Positions 18,910-28,237 of a stretch of 44,547 nucleotides of DNA are shown piece after piece. The DNA comes from Candidatus Sungbacteria bacterium RIFCSPLOWO2_01_FULL_54_21 (GTDB lineage: Bacteria > Patescibacteriota > Minisyncoccia > Sungbacterales > HO2-52-23). Location: the NCBI GenBank assembly GCA_001820725.1, contig MHQR01000037.1, forward strand, positions 1 to 44,547, written 5' to 3'. Positions within the stretch are counted from its first letter, which is position 1; the number at the start of each line of letters is the position of its first letter. A program made the position numbers and the translations under genes. Under the pieces are notes generated by a model. The model searched no databases. It had not been told where the DNA came from and worked only from the letters and a program-made list of their open reading frames with translations.

Positions 18910-20347
18910 CCATATGGATATCACCGCACTTACACTGTCTGCCGCGGCCCAAGGAATACGCGAACGCGCATTTTCCATATCCGATCTGGTCGGCGCATAC
19001 CTGGATGCGATCGCAGAAAAAGACGGCGCCATCCACGCGTATCTGGATGTTTTTGAGGATGCACGCGAGGCGGCGCTTGAGGCGGACAAGAAAATAGCCG
19101 TCGCGCATCCCCTCGATATAGAAACACTGCCGCCGCTCTTTGGCATGCCGATCGCGGTCAAAGACAATATTCTTGTTGAAGGCAAACAAGCGACTGCGGG
19201 CTCTAAGATACTTGAGCACTATACGGCCAGTTATGACGCGACCGCAATACGAAAACTAAAAGAGCAGGGAGCGATCGTGCTGGGCAAGACCAACATGGAC
19301 GATTCCGCCATGGGCTCTTCCACGGAATACTCGGCATTCGGGCCTACGAAAAATCCGCATGATCTCACGCGCGTGCCCGGCGGTTCTTCGGGCGGGTCTG
19401 CCGCCGCAGTGGCCGCAGGCATGGCAATTGCGTCCCTAGGTTCTGATACCGGCGGGTCTATCCGCCAGCCCGCGGCATTTTGCGGCGTGGTCGGCATGAA
19501 GCCGACGTATGGCGCGATCAGCCGCCACGGCCTGATTGCCATGGCATCATCCATGGACGTCATCGGCCCGTTGGCGAAAACCATCACTGATGCAGAAATG
19601 CTTTTTAGCGCAATTGCGGGACCGGATGCGTTTGACGCCACCGCTTCTCCTGTCAAACATTCAATGTTTGACAAAGATATGAAGCGACTGCGGATCGGCA
19701 TTCCTAAAGAATATTTCGGAGCGGGGTTGGATGCTGAAGTTGAAAAAGCCGTCCGCGGAACAATACAAAAAGCAGAAAAAGCAGGAGCGCAGGTAGAGGA
19801 AATCACCCTGCCGCACGCGCATCTGGCATTACCCGCGTACTATATTATTGTCCCCTCCGAAGTGTCGGCCAACCTCGCGCGTCTGGACGGCCAGCGCTAT
19901 GGCCATCATGCAGCATACGCCGATACGCTGTATGATGTATATGCGCGCTCACGGGACGAAGGGTTTGGGATAGAAGTAAAGCGGCGCATTATGCTCGGTG
20001 CCTACGCGCTCTCGGCAGGATACTACGACGCGTACTATCTCAAGGCGCAGAAAGTGCGGCGGCTCATCGCGGATGATTTTATCAAGGTCTTTGAGCGGGT
20101 GGATATAATCGCCGGCCCCACGACGCCTGCGCCCGCGTTTCCCCTGGGAAGCCGGAGCAACAGTCCGCTTGAAATGTACCTTGCCGATATCTATACGGTC
20201 GCGGTCAACCTGGCAGGACTTCCCGCGCTCTCCATGCCTGCGGGTACGAGCGCGACGGGCTTGCCGATCGGCCTTCAGCTCATCGCTCCGCGCCATGCGG
20301 ACAAGAAACTTTTTGATATCGCCAAGCGCATAGAATCGCTTGTGTAG
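18902..20347 (+). CDS. gatA: Asp/Glu-tRNA amidotransferase subunit A
   Basis: 'KDNI', 'GGSSGGSAAAV', 'GSDTGGSIRQPA' amidase signature. Confidence 0.95.
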   Translation: MTNHMDITALTLSAAAQGIRERAFSISDLVGAYLDAIAEKDGAIHAYLDVFEDAREAALEADKKIAVAHPLDIETLPPLFGMPIAVKDNILVEGKQATAGSKILEHYTASYDATAIRKLKEQGAIVLGKTNMDDSAMGSSTEYSAFGPTKNPHDLTRVPGGSSGGSAAAVAAGMAIASLGSDTGGSIRQPAAFCGVVGMKPTYGAISRHGLIAMASSMDVIGPLAKTITDAEMLFSAIAGPDAFDATASPVKHSMFDKDMKRLRIGIPKEYFGAGLDAEVEKAVRGTIQKAEKAGAQVEEITLPHAHLALPAYYIIVPSEVSANLARLDGQRYGHHAAYADTLYDVYARSRDEGFGIEVKRRIMLGAYALSAGYYDAYYLKAQKVRRLIADDFIKVFERVDIIAGPTTPAPAFPLGSRSNSPLEMYLADIYTVAVNLAGLPALSMPAGTSATGLPIGLQLIAPRHADKKLFDIAKRIESLV

Positions 20348-20384
20348 TTTATTATTTATGTTTTGGAATTTGTAATTTCCGCTT

Positions 20385-21077
20385 ATGCCTCCCCAAGACC
20401 GAGACGAAAGGCCATCGTCGTCCCCCATGGCGGGCGACCCGCAGACGTGGCTCATGGAAATTACGATCGCCTCAATCGTGTTTGTCATCGTACTGCTCGC
20501 CATCGGTTATTATCTTGAGTTGGGATTTGAATGGTACCGCTCGTTTCTTGAGGTCGTGTATCGTATATGGGAGCGCATTCGCGCGATCGTCATGGTGCTC
20601 ACCATTATGGCGAGCGCCGCGCTCGTAGGATTCATCACCGTCATTCTCCGCCGCTTCAACGCCCTGAAGAATCGTCAGCCGAAAATGGTACTCGGCGCCA
20701 AAAAAGTGGGTGTGGCACCCATGAAGCCGGAGCGCGCGAAAAAGGAAATCGGCAATGAGTGGCAGGAAGTGCGCAAACTCCTGCAATCCGACAATACGTC
20801 CGATTGGAACATGGCGATTTTGCGGGCCGACACCCTGCTCGACGATGTTCTGCAATATCTCGGGCATGAAGGCGTGACCGTAAAAGAACGCATCGACAAG
20901 ATTGACCCGACCATGGTGCCGTCCCTTGACCGGCTCTTGTCCGCGCACCGCTTGCGCAACATCATCGCCCACGACCCCTCGATTCTGCACACCAAAGAGA
21001 CCCTTGAATACGCCCTCCGCGCCTATGAAACCGCCTTCAGAGAAATGGGCATGATGGAGGAGGAACAGGCCGCATAA
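20385..21077 (+). CDS. membrane protein with C-terminal HEPN/DUF4145-like helical domain
   Basis: Two N-terminal TMs; 'AHRLRNIIAH' RxxxxH. Confidence 0.6.
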   Translation: MPPQDRDERPSSSPMAGDPQTWLMEITIASIVFVIVLLAIGYYLELGFEWYRSFLEVVYRIWERIRAIVMVLTIMASAALVGFITVILRRFNALKNRQPKMVLGAKKVGVAPMKPERAKKEIGNEWQEVRKLLQSDNTSDWNMAILRADTLLDDVLQYLGHEGVTVKERIDKIDPTMVPSLDRLLSAHRLRNIIAHDPSILHTKETLEYALRAYETAFREMGMMEEEQAA

Positions 21078-21096
21078 ATTTTCACGCATGCATAAC

Positions 21097-21130
21097 AAAA
21101 AACCCTCGACACTACATCGGGGATTTTTTG
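21097..21130. terminator. probable bidirectional terminator
   Basis: caaaaaaccctcga...tcggggattttttg imperfect stem with A/T tails between convergent genes. Confidence 0.55.
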
Positions 21131-21140
21131 TTGTGAAGTA

Positions 21141-21211
21141 TTGCGGGACCGGGATTTGCACCCGGGTCTCAAGGTTATGAGCCTCGCGAGGTACTTCTCC
21201 TCCACCCCGCA
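21141..21211 (-). tRNA. tRNA-Met(CAU), initiator-like, atypical
   Basis: TGCGGGG/TCCCGCA acceptor, GAGG/CCTC D stem, CGAGG-CTCATAA-CCTTG, CCGGG-TGCAAAT-CCCGG. Confidence 0.85.
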
Positions 21212-21343
21212 GACAAAGTATACCTCATTCCCTAAGAAAAACAAGGCACATAAAAGAGATTGCAAATCTCTTGTCCGTTTGCGGAAAATAATGTATGCTT
21301 TTTCTGAAAGGTTTAGGGTTGTTCATTTGTCAACTTGGGAGAT

Positions 21344-21352
21344 TGTGGATAA
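21344..21352 (-). promoter_or_regulatory. DnaA box
   Basis: TGTGGATAA perfect match in divergent intergenic region. Confidence 0.5.
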
Positions 21353-21397
21353 TTCCTTTGGAAAATAGACGGAAGCCATAGTAAAATATATACTACT

Positions 21398-22087
21398 ATG
21401 GCTAAGTTCGAAAAGAGGTTGGAAGCCCGTGCGTTGAGAAGAAAGGGATGGAGTATCCGCTCCATTGCCTCACATCTTGGGATCTCTCGTGCTTCGTCAA
21501 GCGTTTGGTGCAGCGATCTACAGCTTACTCAGCGCCAAAGTGATCTTCTTTTTAAGAATGCCGTGCAAGCGGGCCATGTGGGAAGAATGAAAGGCGCTCT
21601 TGCGAATCGTCAGAAAAAAGAAGCAGCTATCGCGTCCTATAAGGAAGCGGGGCAGAGGGAAATATCAGCGCTTTCTTTTCGGGAAGTGCTGTTAACGGGA
21701 GTTGCGCTTTATTGGGCGGAAGGAAGCCGGAAAAGCAAGTTTGCGTTCACTAATTCAGAACCGGCAATGGTCGCATTCATGGCTTATTGGCTGGAACATA
21801 TATTTGGGATCAAGAAAGAGGAGTTTATGCCGCGTATCTTCATCAACGCCATCCACGAGCCGCGCATCAGAAAAGTTGTACGGTTCTGGTCTGATTTTTT
21901 GGGCGTATCGGTGCGTCAGTTCGGAAAGCCCGTACTCTTGAAGGGCAGGCCGAAGAAGATATATGAAAACCATGAGCATTATTACGGCGTATTAGCTCTC
22001 GGCGTGCGAAGGAGCGGGAATCTGAAATATCGCGTCTTGGGTCTTATTGATGCGCTGAAAAGTGCCGAAAAAATTTCGCCGGCGTAG
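21398..22087 (+). CDS. HTH + LAGLIDADG-like putative endonuclease ending inside tRNA-Met
   Basis: N-terminal HTH 'RRKGWSIRSIASHLGISRASSSVW'; 'GVALYWAEGS...FTNSEP' resembles a LAGLIDADG helix. Confidence 0.6.
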   Translation: MAKFEKRLEARALRRKGWSIRSIASHLGISRASSSVWCSDLQLTQRQSDLLFKNAVQAGHVGRMKGALANRQKKEAAIASYKEAGQREISALSFREVLLTGVALYWAEGSRKSKFAFTNSEPAMVAFMAYWLEHIFGIKKEEFMPRIFINAIHEPRIRKVVRFWSDFLGVSVRQFGKPVLLKGRPKKIYENHEHYYGVLALGVRRSGNLKYRVLGLIDALKSAEKISPA

Positions 22088-22150
22088 CTCAGTGGTTAGA
22101 GCGATCGCTTCATAAGCGATAGGTCGCAGGTCCAATTCCTGCCGCCGGCA
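22078..22150 (+). tRNA. tRNA-Met(CAU), probably elongator (Ile2 not excluded)
   Basis: GCCGGCG/CGCCGGC acceptor, ATCGC-TTCATAA-GCGAT, T loop TCCAATT. Confidence 0.9.
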
Positions 22151-22173
22151 TGGGTGTTGTGAACAAAGAATAC

Positions 22174-22893
22174 ATGAAGAAAAAAAATATCCGATGGAAG
22201 CGCGTCATGCTGAAATTGTCGGGCGAGACGTTCGGCGGCAAGGGACAGTTCGGTTTGGATGTGGACGCGACCAACTATATCGCCAGCGAAGTAAAGGCGA
22301 TCACGGATATGGGGTGCGAAGTCGGGATCGTCGTGGGCGGCGGCAACTTCATCCGTGGTGAAAAACTTTCCCGCATCGGCATTGACCGTGTGACCGCCGA
22401 CTATATGGGAATGCTGGGCACGATCATCAATGCCATGGCATTGCAAAGCATGCTGGAGACGATGGGCCTGTATACTCGCGTGATGAGTACGATTACCGCC
22501 ATCCATGTGGCCGAGCCATTCATCCGCCGCCGCGCCATCCGGCACCTGGAAAAGGGGAGGGTGGTCATCTTTTCCGGCGGCACGGGCAATCCATATTTTT
22601 CCACAGACACTGCCGCGGCATTGCGCGCGTCGGAAATAGACGCCGAGGTCATCCTGAAGGCGACCAATGTGGAAGGCGTATACGAAGAAGACCCTAAACA
22701 GAACACGCAGGCGAAACTTTTGAAAGAAATTGATTCCAAAGAAATGGTCCGGCGCGGTTTGAAAGTGATGGATTTGACGGCCGTAACGCTGGCAATGGAG
22801 AACAAGATTCCGATGATCGTGTTTGATGTATTCAAGGAAGGCAATCTGAAACGACTGCTCCTGGGAGAAAAGATCGGTTCAGAAGTAAAATAA
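22174..22893 (+). CDS. pyrH: UMP kinase
   Basis: 'LKLSGE', 'GGGNFIRG', 'DYMGMLGT', 'GNPYFSTD'. Confidence 0.96.
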   Translation: MKKKNIRWKRVMLKLSGETFGGKGQFGLDVDATNYIASEVKAITDMGCEVGIVVGGGNFIRGEKLSRIGIDRVTADYMGMLGTIINAMALQSMLETMGLYTRVMSTITAIHVAEPFIRRRAIRHLEKGRVVIFSGGTGNPYFSTDTAAALRASEIDAEVILKATNVEGVYEEDPKQNTQAKLLKEIDSKEMVRRGLKVMDLTAVTLAMENKIPMIVFDVFKEGNLKRLLLGEKIGSEVK

Positions 22894-22908
22894 TTCGCAT
22901 GGGACTAT

Positions 22909-22982
22909 GCGGGCGTAGCTCAGTTGGTTAGAGCGCTTCCCTGTCACGGAAGAGGTCGCCGGTTCGAGTCCGGTCGCCCGCG
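22909..22982 (+). tRNA. tRNA-Asp(GUC)
   Basis: GCGGGCG/CGCCCGC-G73, CTTCC-CTGTCAC-GGAAG, TTCGAGT. Confidence 0.95.
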
Positions 22983-22991
22983 CACCCTAGA

Positions 22992-23033
22992 GCAACAAAA
23001 ACGTCTCGGTTCAAACCGAGACGTTTTTGTTGC
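22992..23033. terminator. intrinsic terminator, 20-bp perfect inverted repeat
   Basis: gcaacaaaaacgtctcggtt-ca-aaccgagacgtttttgttgc. Confidence 0.85.
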
Positions 23034-23084
23034 CATGGTCTGCGCTGTGGTATCATACAATATATATCGTGCTACGCGTGTACC

Positions 23085-24548
23085 ATGTTCAGCATTGAAA
23101 TAGACAAAAAGGGACTTCTCTACGCCTTTGAACTCTGCGCCGTTGCGGGCGTTATTGCCGCGTCCGCGCATTTTGCCGCGCGCGAAATTGTCGCGTGGTC
23201 CACGCCTGCCGTGCCGGAGGGTATTTCTTTTTCCGAACCGGCTTTCACGGCTGACGAAAATTCTTTTTATGTTGATCCGCCCACGGGTAATCCGATTTTT
23301 CTTGGCGATGAAGAAATAAAAAAAAAGCGCGAGGCCCTGGTCTGGGAGGAGAGGGATTTTTTCTTCGTTGATCTGGACCGGCGCGCGATCATGCGCTTTG
23401 ACAAGGGAGCGGCCCAGCAGGAATTCCCCATCCTTGCCTCTGCAGGTATAGAGCGTTTTTTTGAAGTGCCGCAGGGGCTTTACACCGTGCAAGGCAAAGC
23501 CGAGCGGCATTTTTCGCAGATTGGGCGCCAATATTTTCCATGGGCAATGTATCTCTACGGCAACTATCTGATTCATGCCCACAGCTTGGGGAAAAGCGGC
23601 GGCATTCAGGTGGCTACGAGTCATGCGCGCGATCTCTATGCCCATGCCATAGAGGGTATGCCGGTCCTGGTATCACGGCAGGATTCGCCCGCAGACATTA
23701 CCTTTGCCTATGTACGGAAAAACAATTTGCCTCATCGGGTGCCCGAAGTCACCGCCGCCGCGGCACTCGCCGCAGATCTGGAGACGGGCGAGATATTGTT
23801 TGAAAAAAATAAAAACGATATCTATCCCACGGCCTCGCTCACCAAACTCATGACTGCGGTCGTTGCCATGGAGGAAATTGATCCCAAGCGCCTGCTTACG
23901 GTAACGGATGCGGCGGTGCGCACGTATGGGGATTCGGGCGGTTTGGTACGCGGCGAGACGTTCCGCTCGGCAGACCTCCTGCGCGGGCTTATCCTGCCCT
24001 CTTCCAATGACGCCGCAACGGTGTACGCCGAGGCATTGCCTGATTTTCTTGATCTCCTCAATGCGAAAGCCCTTGAGATTGGGCTTACGAAGACCTCTTT
24101 TGAAGACGCGAGCGGACTGTCGGGTAAAAACGTAACCAGCGCTGAAAATCTTTTCAAACTTTTGCGCTATATCAGTGAGAGGCACCCCGATCTGCTTGCC
24201 TTAAGCCGTGAGAGCGCCGCCACCCAAAGTTCGGCCAACAAAAAGAAACAGCATGTCTGGTCCAACATCAACTGGCCGCGCGGAGACACGCGCTACATCG
24301 GCGGCAAAGCCGGATTCACCGACGATTCACTCCAGACCATGGCGGGCGTGTGGAGCGTGCGCGTGTCCGAATACGGCGGCAGGAAAATGGCGATCACGCT
24401 TTTGGGGTCGCGCAGTCGGGTACAGGATATCCGCGCCGTCATCACGTATCTTGAACAGGGTTTCATCTACGGCTTTGCCTTTGACGCGGCCAAAAACAAG
24501 GCAAAGTCCGCAGACACGCAAGCGCGCATCCAGGACGCGGTGCGCTAA
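23085..24548 (+). CDS. YkuD-like domain fused to D-Ala-D-Ala carboxypeptidase (S11)
   Basis: SxxK 'ASLTK', SxN 'SSND', 'KAG'; N-terminal L,D-transpeptidase-like fold lacking the catalytic Cys. Confidence 0.8.
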   Translation: MFSIEIDKKGLLYAFELCAVAGVIAASAHFAAREIVAWSTPAVPEGISFSEPAFTADENSFYVDPPTGNPIFLGDEEIKKKREALVWEERDFFFVDLDRRAIMRFDKGAAQQEFPILASAGIERFFEVPQGLYTVQGKAERHFSQIGRQYFPWAMYLYGNYLIHAHSLGKSGGIQVATSHARDLYAHAIEGMPVLVSRQDSPADITFAYVRKNNLPHRVPEVTAAAALAADLETGEILFEKNKNDIYPTASLTKLMTAVVAMEEIDPKRLLTVTDAAVRTYGDSGGLVRGETFRSADLLRGLILPSSNDAATVYAEALPDFLDLLNAKALEIGLTKTSFEDASGLSGKNVTSAENLFKLLRYISERHPDLLALSRESAATQSSANKKKQHVWSNINWPRGDTRYIGGKAGFTDDSLQTMAGVWSVRVSEYGGRKMAITLLGSRSRVQDIRAVITYLEQGFIYGFAFDAAKNKAKSADTQARIQDAVR

Positions 24549-24589
24549 ATAATCTTGTATCGCGCATGGCGGGAACCTATAATAAAGGC

Positions 24590-26350
24590 ATGTATCTTTC
24601 TCTTGCATCTCGCGGGGGATACGCGGCGCTGATGACCCTGCTCGTGGTGCTTGGCGCGTCGCTTACCCTCATCGGCTCGTTCACCTTTTTCTCGCTCAAT
24701 GAGGTGCGGATCAACCGTGGCTTTATAAAGGCGATTGAGGCGCGCACTGCCGCGGAATCGGGCGTTGAGGACGTGGCCTACCGGCTGGTATCGGGCAAAC
24801 AGACCTCTGCGTCCGACACGCTTGCTGTTGGCAATGCCGTCACCGAGACGACGCTCACACAAAACGGCGGCCAGCGCATCATACGCGCCGAGGGCAACCG
24901 CGACGACTATCGCCAAAGTATGGAAACACGCATTGACGTGACCACCGACAGCGTGAGTTTTTTCTACGGCGTGCATGTGGATGTCGGCGGCGTGACCATG
25001 GGTAACGGCGCCCAAGTCAACGGCAATGTGTTTTCAAACGGCAGTGTCAGTGGGGGACGCGCGACGGGCAATGTCGTCGTGGCGACTGGACTGTCCGCAA
25101 CGCCGTCGCTTGAATGGCCTGCCGGATGCGCGGCAGGGTGCGGCAATGCGGATCATCTATTTGCAACGGCCAGCAGTAATCGGGATATCGCCCAGTCATT
25201 TACCGCCAATGCCACAGGCCCGCTTACGAAAGTGTCGGTTTTTTTGGGAAAAAACGGCGCACCGACTGCCGATCTGAATGTGCGCATCACGACTGATGTC
25301 GGCGGCCGCCCCGATACATCCGCAATATCCAACGGCACTGCAGTGATTCTGCGCAGTTCGGTGGGAGGAACGCCGTCGTGGATTGATGTCACGTTTGCCA
25401 CGTCGCCAAACATTATCAACGGAACAAAGTATTGGATCGTGCTTGACTACAGCACCAATTCAGCGACCCATCATTGGAATTGGCGCAAAGACAACACGGA
25501 TGGGTACACCGGGCAGACGGGGAAATACACGGCGAACTGGTCGGCAGGAAGCCCCACGTGGACCAATGTCGGCGGGGACTTGGTTTTTCGCGTGTGGATT
25601 GGAGGTATCAACACTTCGCTTGCGGATACGACGGTAGATGGCACGGCGCGGGCGCCGGCATTTGATGATGTATCTGCCGGAGGGTCGGCGTGCCCCAATC
25701 CGAGTTGCATCGTCGCGAACGATCCGCCCCAAGGGTTGCCCATTTCGGAGGGAATCATACAAGAATGGAAAGATGACGCGGCGGCGGGCGGGACCATAAC
25801 GGGAAATTACGCCGTGTCCTCCGATGTTTCGCTGGGGCCGAAGAAGATCACGGGCGATCTTGATCTTACGGCAAACAACAAAACGCTTACCGTTACAGGC
25901 ACGATATATGTGCAGGGAAATATGTCCATTGGCAACGGCTCCATGGTTCGCTGCGATCCGTCGTACGCGAGCAACTCTTGCGTGATCCTCAATGACGGGT
26001 GGGTGCATACGAGAAACAACGGAATATTTTCCGGATCAGGTAGCGCTGGAAGCTATATTCTGCTCTTGAGCGCGTCTGCTTGCGACGGCGCCAGCACATC
26101 CCCGCCGTGCGACACCGCGCACCACAACGCCGCCATTGACTTGCACAACAACGCGGACGGTGCCATTTTCTATGCCGGGCACGGGCTCATCAATGTCCAC
26201 AATAATGTAACCGTGTCGGAACTCACGGCCTACCGCATCACCCTGGACAACAACGCGACCGTGACGTACGAGTCGGGCCTGCAAAATCTGCAGTTTACGT
26301 CCGGCCCGTCCGGCGGTTACGAAATCAAACACTGGAAAGAAACGGAGTAG
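24590..26350 (+). CDS. large PilX-like pilin/adhesin with beta-rich domains
   Basis: G|YAALMTLLVV, 'AAESGVEDVAYRL', 'AQSFT..YWIVL' beta-sandwich, 'HWKE' end. Confidence 0.75.
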   Translation: MYLSLASRGGYAALMTLLVVLGASLTLIGSFTFFSLNEVRINRGFIKAIEARTAAESGVEDVAYRLVSGKQTSASDTLAVGNAVTETTLTQNGGQRIIRAEGNRDDYRQSMETRIDVTTDSVSFFYGVHVDVGGVTMGNGAQVNGNVFSNGSVSGGRATGNVVVATGLSATPSLEWPAGCAAGCGNADHLFATASSNRDIAQSFTANATGPLTKVSVFLGKNGAPTADLNVRITTDVGGRPDTSAISNGTAVILRSSVGGTPSWIDVTFATSPNIINGTKYWIVLDYSTNSATHHWNWRKDNTDGYTGQTGKYTANWSAGSPTWTNVGGDLVFRVWIGGINTSLADTTVDGTARAPAFDDVSAGGSACPNPSCIVANDPPQGLPISEGIIQEWKDDAAAGGTITGNYAVSSDVSLGPKKITGDLDLTANNKTLTVTGTIYVQGNMSIGNGSMVRCDPSYASNSCVILNDGWVHTRNNGIFSGSGSAGSYILLLSASACDGASTSPPCDTAHHNAAIDLHNNADGAIFYAGHGLINVHNNVTVSELTAYRITLDNNATVTYESGLQNLQFTSGPSGGYEIKHWKETE

Positions 26351-26366
26351 GGGATCAATGAAACGC

Positions 26367-26395
26367 AAAAAAGGACGGAACGTACATCCGTCCTT
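26367..26395 (-). terminator. terminator after tmk (possibly bidirectional)
   Basis: aaggacgga-N7-tccgtcctt with an A-run on the left. Confidence 0.65.
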
Positions 26396-26398
26396 CTG

Positions 26399-26983
26399 TC
26401 AGGGGAGCCGCTTTTTTGCGAGCGCCGCGTAAATGATCGCAAGACACTGCTCCTTTACATCTTCCGGTGTCCGAGTCGCATCCACGCAGTGCCACGAGTG
26501 AATACGGGCGAGTTGGGCGTATCCCTTCTCCACGCGCTCTGCGAACGCACGATCGCGCATGGTCCGTGATTTCTTTCTCGCGCGCAATACCTTTAGCGGT
26601 GCCTGCAGGAGAAAAGTGACATCGGGCGGAGTGAGATTTTGTCCGATCCAATCAAGAATCGCAGCCGGCACGCCGTTGCCGTAGCCGTCAAAGGCAAGCG
26701 CCGTTGCCCACATGCGATCCATCACGATAACATCCATGTGCTCCTGCATCTCTTGCACTATCCTATATTGATGGATACGCATTGCCCAAAAGTGCATACT
26801 TCGCACGGAATTATCAAGGGAAAGCGCATCTGTCGCAACGCGAAGCGCTGACGCATACGCGCTTGTGTCAATGTCCACGCTCACCGCCCGCAGACATGCC
26901 GCGCACAACGCCTGTATCAAAAGCCGAATGACCGTGGTCTTGCCGCCTCCGGGCAAGCCCTCAAAAGCAACGACGAGCGGCAT
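26399..26983 (-). CDS. tmk: thymidylate kinase
   Basis: 'FEGLPGGGKTT', 'MDR', 'PDVTFLL'; start set at MPLVV. Confidence 0.8.
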   Translation of the reverse strand: MPLVVAFEGLPGGGKTTVIRLLIQALCAACLRAVSVDIDTSAYASALRVATDALSLDNSVRSMHFWAMRIHQYRIVQEMQEHMDVIVMDRMWATALAFDGYGNGVPAAILDWIGQNLTPPDVTFLLQAPLKVLRARKKSRTMRDRAFAERVEKGYAQLARIHSWHCVDATRTPEDVKEQCLAIIYAALAKKRLP

Positions 26984-27266
26984 ACCTTCATTACTCCTTT
27001 CAAAGTGCCATATGGCGAACGAGCTATAGCCAAGTATAGTATACCGGAATACTACAGAATCTTCGAATCCCTCACGCGAGCGAAGCAGTTTGCTCACTCC
27101 TCTCCTCATTCGCGGATGCTCATTCGGTGAAATTATATCCTTTGCGCGAACCCTTTTCGAGGAACGATGACCCACCCCGCCCACCGCTCAACCTAAGAGA
27201 CAGAGGGGAGCAGAGGCATCAATCCCCACATCCGCATCCCTGATTGTTTTGAAGAGGGTCATCACT

Positions 27267-28190
27267 TTAACGCGAGGATAATCGTCTTGTGCGGATATTT
27301 TTGGCTTGCCCCAGTCGTCCGCTTTCTACAGCAGAAGCTGTTGTTCTATTAGGAATAGCAACCTCAATGTAGTGTTTATTAATATCTTCATGATTGCTAT
27401 TCACAAAGTGAATTATTCCTTTCAACTCTTTCAAATATCCAAGTGATTTTTCTGTTTCGTCAATCTTTAGTCCCATTCTAATACATGCCCTTGAATCAAA
27501 GCAATGACTATGGGGGAAAATAGTTCTCGCAAAGTTTTCTGCAATAGCCTCTGCTGATTCAGTTGTGTAATCCGCTAAGCGTAGTAATTCCATCGCATAA
27601 TGCTTCGCCTCCCATGCTAGTGTTTCCAGCTCCCTATAATGGATAAGATCTAGGCGATCAATCATTTGTTTCCAGGGAGTGGGTATCTCATCATACGAAC
27701 TTTTTTGAAATCGGCGTTCCAAATCAGAGACTTTTTCTACTATTCCATAACTTGATACCCATTCGCCTTTATACTTTACTTGTGGATCAATCGGAGTTAG
27801 ATAACCAAGTGCCCCTAAAACAATACTGTTCCCAGCAAGAGACATGATAGTTGCGCCACTTGCCGCCTCATATGGGACATAAAAACTGAGAGTATCAAAT
27901 CGATTTCGGAGAAATCTTGCAATATTATAGGAGGAAGAGAGATTCCCACCCGGCGAATGGATAAGAAATATTGCAGATTTTATATCTGTACAATTTTTAT
28001 CAATCGTATCTTCAAGCGCATATAAATCATTGTTTGTTATTGATGTTGCGCCATAACTCCCGGGTCCTGTTCGGATAAGTTTCTCGGAGGCAATAAAAGT
28101 GAAGACTGACGCGTTCTCTTTATCAGCTATTGCTTGAAGTACTTTCTTAACATCTTCCTTGCCGTTGATTTGCTGTATTTTGATGGCCAT
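27267..28190 (-). CDS. SDH/ClpP-class serine protease
   Basis: 'IHSPGG', 'AASGATIMSLAG', 'LTPIDPQ', 'FPHS'. Confidence 0.82.
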   Translation of the reverse strand: MAIKIQQINGKEDVKKVLQAIADKENASVFTFIASEKLIRTGPGSYGATSITNNDLYALEDTIDKNCTDIKSAIFLIHSPGGNLSSSYNIARFLRNRFDTLSFYVPYEAASGATIMSLAGNSIVLGALGYLTPIDPQVKYKGEWVSSYGIVEKVSDLERRFQKSSYDEIPTPWKQMIDRLDLIHYRELETLAWEAKHYAMELLRLADYTTESAEAIAENFARTIFPHSHCFDSRACIRMGLKIDETEKSLGYLKELKGIIHFVNSNHEDINKHYIEVAIPNRTTASAVESGRLGQAKNIRTRRLSSR

Positions 28191-28231
28191 GTGGATAACT
28201 ATATTGTTAGGTTATGTTTAGGTATTATAAT
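28190..28231. promoter_or_regulatory. divergent control region: DnaA box, TTAGGT-N5-TTAGGT direct repeat, -10 box
   Basis: TGTGGATAA 28190-28198; TTAGGT at 28207 and 28218; TATAAT 28226-28231. Confidence 0.5.
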
Positions 28232-28237
28232 TGATAC

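Noticed and set aside
27062-27071. att duplication of the tRNA-Ser 3' end
   Set aside because: Wrong orientation, too short, and no integrase in the island.
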